Assembly: GCA_964648855.1 (NCBI GenBank)
Contig: CAZYLT010000004.1
Coordinates: 109,532-141,531, forward strand
Origin: an uncultured archaeon
GTDB taxonomy: Archaea > Asgardarchaeota > Thorarchaeia > Thorarchaeales > Thorarchaeaceae
Length of the DNA: 32,000 bases
Reading direction: 5' to 3'
Made by a program: the position numbers and the translations under genes. Of this stretch, positions 29,316-32,000 are shown one piece after another (positions within the stretch are counted from its first letter, which is position 1; every line of letters begins with the position of its first letter). Under the pieces are notes generated by a model. The model was not told the origin of the DNA, searched no databases, and saw only the letters and a list, made by a program, of their open reading frames with translations.

Positions 29316-29543
29316 TGGTGGGGTGGAGGAGATATATTCCGTATCTAGGTAGTCTAGATAGGCTTGAACTCCTGACCGATACTCAAATTTGAGTAGATAC
29401 TCAAACTTTACGAGTGTCACCTAGACGACGGCCAGTTTTTGACCCCGCGTGTCAGGACTCGAAGAGAGCCCAGATCTGGAGCCCGTCGCCATCCCGTTCC
29501 AGGCGACTAGGGAAATCCTAGCAGCTGACTAGGCCACCACCCC
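29316..29543 (-). tRNA. tRNA-Trp (CCA) with four predicted introns, CCA end encoded
   Basis: Exons 29543-29527, 29496-29476, 29415-29410, 29378-29364 and 29333-29316 join to GGGGTGG TG GCCT AGTCCGGGA TGGC G ACGGG CTCCAGA CTCGT CGGTC AGGAG TTCAAAT CTCCT CCACCCC A CCA, a 77-nt cloverleaf. Junctions form BHB-type motifs. Confidence 0.85.
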
Positions 29544-29687
29544 ATTGGGTGTAGCAGGGCATGCCGGTTTGCGATATGAACCTTTCGCCAGCACAGCTTC
29601 AAAATGAGATTTTCTTGCAACATTGCTTCTATCGCAAGTATATTTTATGCAAAAGTACAATGTTTGGTGTATTAAAGAAGAGGACGC

Positions 29688-30569
29688 ATGAAGATGGATA
29701 AAAGAACCAACGCAATAACGCTCCTACTAGCTGTATATCTTCTTGTGGCAGTGTTCATGCCGGTGTCGGCCCAAGTGGGCACCCCTGGCGTTCCAGGAAG
29801 GATTGTTTCTGAGATGGACGCATTTACCTATCGAACATCCTTCCAAACTTCTGATGGTACTGAAATATTCCTGATTCGAAGTGCATACACCCTGCGACAC
29901 CTCTATCAACACCATCACCCTACTATCAATCATCACTACATGCGCATCTCAGTGGGCTTCTACTACGGAAAGACTCTCCTGGGTCGTCCCATTATTGACT
30001 CAATCGAATTTGATAATCTCGCCTTCTACGCCAAGTGGATCGACTCTGCAGGGTATTCCTTTGATCTGAAGGGGGAGGAAGATATGTTCTCCCTATCAGG
30101 TTCAGTTGAGGATGGCAAACTGGTTGCAGTAACTAGGTTGTTGGATAATGATGCACGTTCACGGTATATGCCCCTCTTCGGTGGTACATACGTGCTTACA
30201 GACTTCAAAATCACACTGATAGACGAAGCAGTAATCGACTATGGCAATGTAGAGATTGAGGTAGTGAAGTCTGCCAATGAGTTCACTGCTCGCGATGCAC
30301 AATTAGTCAGCGAAAAGAATCTGACCTATGAGAGCGACGAAAAATACCTTCAAATCTCATCATCCATTCAAACGCCGTTAGTTGTACTTGTAGATGCCTT
30401 CGTTGCTGTTACGCTTTTTGGTGGGGTAAGCGTCACCGCTATACTCGTCTTATTGCATGTTCGCGGGCGTATTGAATTACCAATTGATAGGCTCAAAGGA
30501 ATCATAGGTGGACAAAACAACGGAAACGAAGAACGCCCCTCACGTATCGAACCAAAGCATAGAGCATAG
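29688..30569 (+). CDS. Hypothetical exported protein with signal peptide and C-terminal membrane anchor
   Basis: N-terminal KR, hydrophobic stretch and VSA cleavage-like site; beta-rich body; C-terminal TM (LVVLVDAFVAVTLFGGVSVTAILVLL) and charged tail. Confidence 0.75.
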   Translation: MKMDKRTNAITLLLAVYLLVAVFMPVSAQVGTPGVPGRIVSEMDAFTYRTSFQTSDGTEIFLIRSAYTLRHLYQHHHPTINHHYMRISVGFYYGKTLLGRPIIDSIEFDNLAFYAKWIDSAGYSFDLKGEEDMFSLSGSVEDGKLVAVTRLLDNDARSRYMPLFGGTYVLTDFKITLIDEAVIDYGNVEIEVVKSANEFTARDAQLVSEKNLTYESDEKYLQISSSIQTPLVVLVDAFVAVTLFGGVSVTAILVLLHVRGRIELPIDRLKGIIGGQNNGNEERPSRIEPKHRA

Positions 30570-30617
30570 TTTTTTGGGTGCGTCTCTACGATTGCACTCG
30601 TCTGTCCTAGAGCAAGG

Positions 30618-30623
30618 TTTAAA
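30618..30623 (+). promoter_or_regulatory. TATA box (with purine-rich BRE) of the 5S rRNA gene
   Basis: AGCAAGG-TTTAAA about 26-30 nt upstream of the 5S start. Confidence 0.55.
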
Positions 30624-30649
30624 ACATCAAATCGAATTTCTCATTCTTG

Positions 30650-30766
30650 ATGGCGGCCATAGCACATGGGTCTTACCTGATCCCATTCTGAACTCAGAAG
30701 TCAAGCCCATGAGCGTTGAGGGAGATGTGCGGTGCGCGAGCCCGTGACAGGCCCTCAAGCTGCCAC
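30650..30766 (+). rRNA. rrf: 5S rRNA (stand-alone)
   Basis: TGGCGGCCATAGC...CCTGATCCCATTCTGAACTCAGAAGTCAAGC...GCTGCCA; terminal helix TGGCGGC/GCTGCCA; followed by a T-tract. Ends are approximate. Confidence 0.93.
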
Positions 30767-30866
30767 TTTTTCCAGTTTTACCATTACTCCTCAATTTTGT
30801 TGCTCTCTCTGCAGGAACCCAATGTACTAACAGAAACGATTAAGTGATAACTTTCAGCAGTCCGCA

Positions 30867-32000
30867 GTGATTTACATGCAACTCCCAGGTCAAGAGACCG
30901 GCGAATTCAGCTGGATCATAAATATCGCATTTTTTGCATTTATCATACTAATGAGTCTCTACGGAACCAAGATTCAGCTCTGGCAGATGCTCAAACAAAT
31001 TGAGTCAGGTCTCATTGAACTTAAGAAAATGGCAATTGAATCAAGACAGACGGCCATTGATACCTTCAAGCAGTATGGAAAATCAGAGGAAGAAGTTGCT
31101 ACTGACATAGACAAATGGTTGGATTACTTCACCATAATGCCTGTAGACCTTGACCCAGCAGGTGTATTGAAACGATTGGATCATATCTTAGATGAACGTC
31201 GCGACAGGTTCCAAGAATTTGTGTCCTCTCTTGCTCCAGATGCGACAGAATCTCAATGCCAATCCCTTGAGAACACACTGGAAGTAACTCAAGTGCTCGG
31301 GTTAATCTTCAGAATTGTAAGGCACTTCTATATCCTTGGGAAAAAGACCGGGAGTCAGATAATTATCATGCAGGTCCATATGCAGATGCCTGAACTACTT
31401 AAAATCGCGAAAGCATACTATGACGCTCTCGATGCCTTCTCTGCTGGTAAACCAATTGGCGATGGCATCGGCCCTCTAGCTGTAACGAAATTTGCTAGGG
31501 AGATGGGTGCTACGCCCGATTCATATATTCAGGAGGTTTCTCGAGAAGTAGGATATTACCCTATTGAATTTGAGGAACGTACAATCTATGCTGTTCGAGC
31601 AACAGGTCCTGGGGGTACTGTTGGAAAGCCTGGATTTGCAGTAAAGAATCTTATAGAACAGAATCAGGGACAAATCAAAAGAATAGTGACTATCGATGCT
31701 GCCCTCAAGCTTGAGGGAGAGGCACTTGCCCGTGTATCAGAAGGCACAGGCGCAGCTATTGGGGACCCCGGTCCTGAAAAATATGCAATAGAAGAAACTG
31801 CAACAGAGAACGGTATTCCTCTAGAAGCAATAGTAGTCAAACAGGACGAAGCCGCAGCGGTTGGCGTGATGGATAAGCGCATCCTTGATTCGGTTACAGA
31901 AGTCATCGAACGCATTAAGAAGGCAATAAGAATCCGTACCCAGCCAGGAGATAAAGTTATTTTGGCCGGGATCGGCAACACAATTGGAATAGGGCTTTGA
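30867..32000 (+). CDS. DUF1512-family membrane-anchored protein
   Basis: N-terminal TM, PVDLDPAG, PIGDGIGPL, GPGGTVG, IDAALKLEGE and GIGNTIGIG motifs; stop codon at the window end. Confidence 0.82.
   Translation: MIYMQLPGQETGEFSWIINIAFFAFIILMSLYGTKIQLWQMLKQIESGLIELKKMAIESRQTAIDTFKQYGKSEEEVATDIDKWLDYFTIMPVDLDPAGVLKRLDHILDERRDRFQEFVSSLAPDATESQCQSLENTLEVTQVLGLIFRIVRHFYILGKKTGSQIIIMQVHMQMPELLKIAKAYYDALDAFSAGKPIGDGIGPLAVTKFAREMGATPDSYIQEVSREVGYYPIEFEERTIYAVRATGPGGTVGKPGFAVKNLIEQNQGQIKRIVTIDAALKLEGEALARVSEGTGAAIGDPGPEKYAIEETATENGIPLEAIVVKQDEAAAVGVMDKRILDSVTEVIERIKKAIRIRTQPGDKVILAGIGNTIGIGL

Noticed and set aside
29416-29482. Alternative BHB at tRNA position 32/33 (ACGG/CCGT, bulges GC|T and CG|T) that would give a CUA amber/Pyl-like anticodon
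   Set aside because: The product keeps 5 extra nt (GTGAC), giving a 12-nt anticodon loop. The 3' bulge is more likely paired, the tRNA body is Trp-type, and there are no pyl genes in the window.
1-32000. CRISPR arrays, transposases/integrases, and the many short antisense or overlapping ORFs in the track
   Set aside because: No repeat-spacer array or mobile-element motifs were seen. The short ORFs lie within well-supported genes and show no recognisable motifs.

Overview
Archaeal core-genome window. The likely source is an Asgard/TACK-type lineage, possibly Thorarchaeia-like; this is inferred from gene content such as eS30, PolD and the Hdr module. In order it holds: partial glmM-like mutase; AbrB-PhoU regulator; PolD DP1 convergent with cdc6/orc1, with phased ORB-like boxes upstream of cdc6; an informational cluster (METTL5-like methylase, csl4, rpoL, RNase III-like, tfs, RPA14-like, PCNA, PriS with extra zinc ribbons, GINS51, two small orphans); an hdrC-hdrB-hdrA(short)-hdrA/mvhD cluster coupled to a coiled-coil/2x wHTH/ferredoxin protein, then an acyl-CoA dehydrogenase; SPOUT methylase; archease; tRNA-Ser(UGA); Elp3; eS30 (missed by the ORF track); pyrKD; nop5-fibrillarin; a DUF61 pseudogene; an HTH regulator; rnhB; a membrane-anchored protein; a lone 5S rRNA; and DUF1512. 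The most striking element is a tRNA-Trp(CCA) gene on the minus strand (29316-29543) that I reconstruct with four BHB-type introns and a 6-nt exon, whose competing pairings imply ordered splicing.
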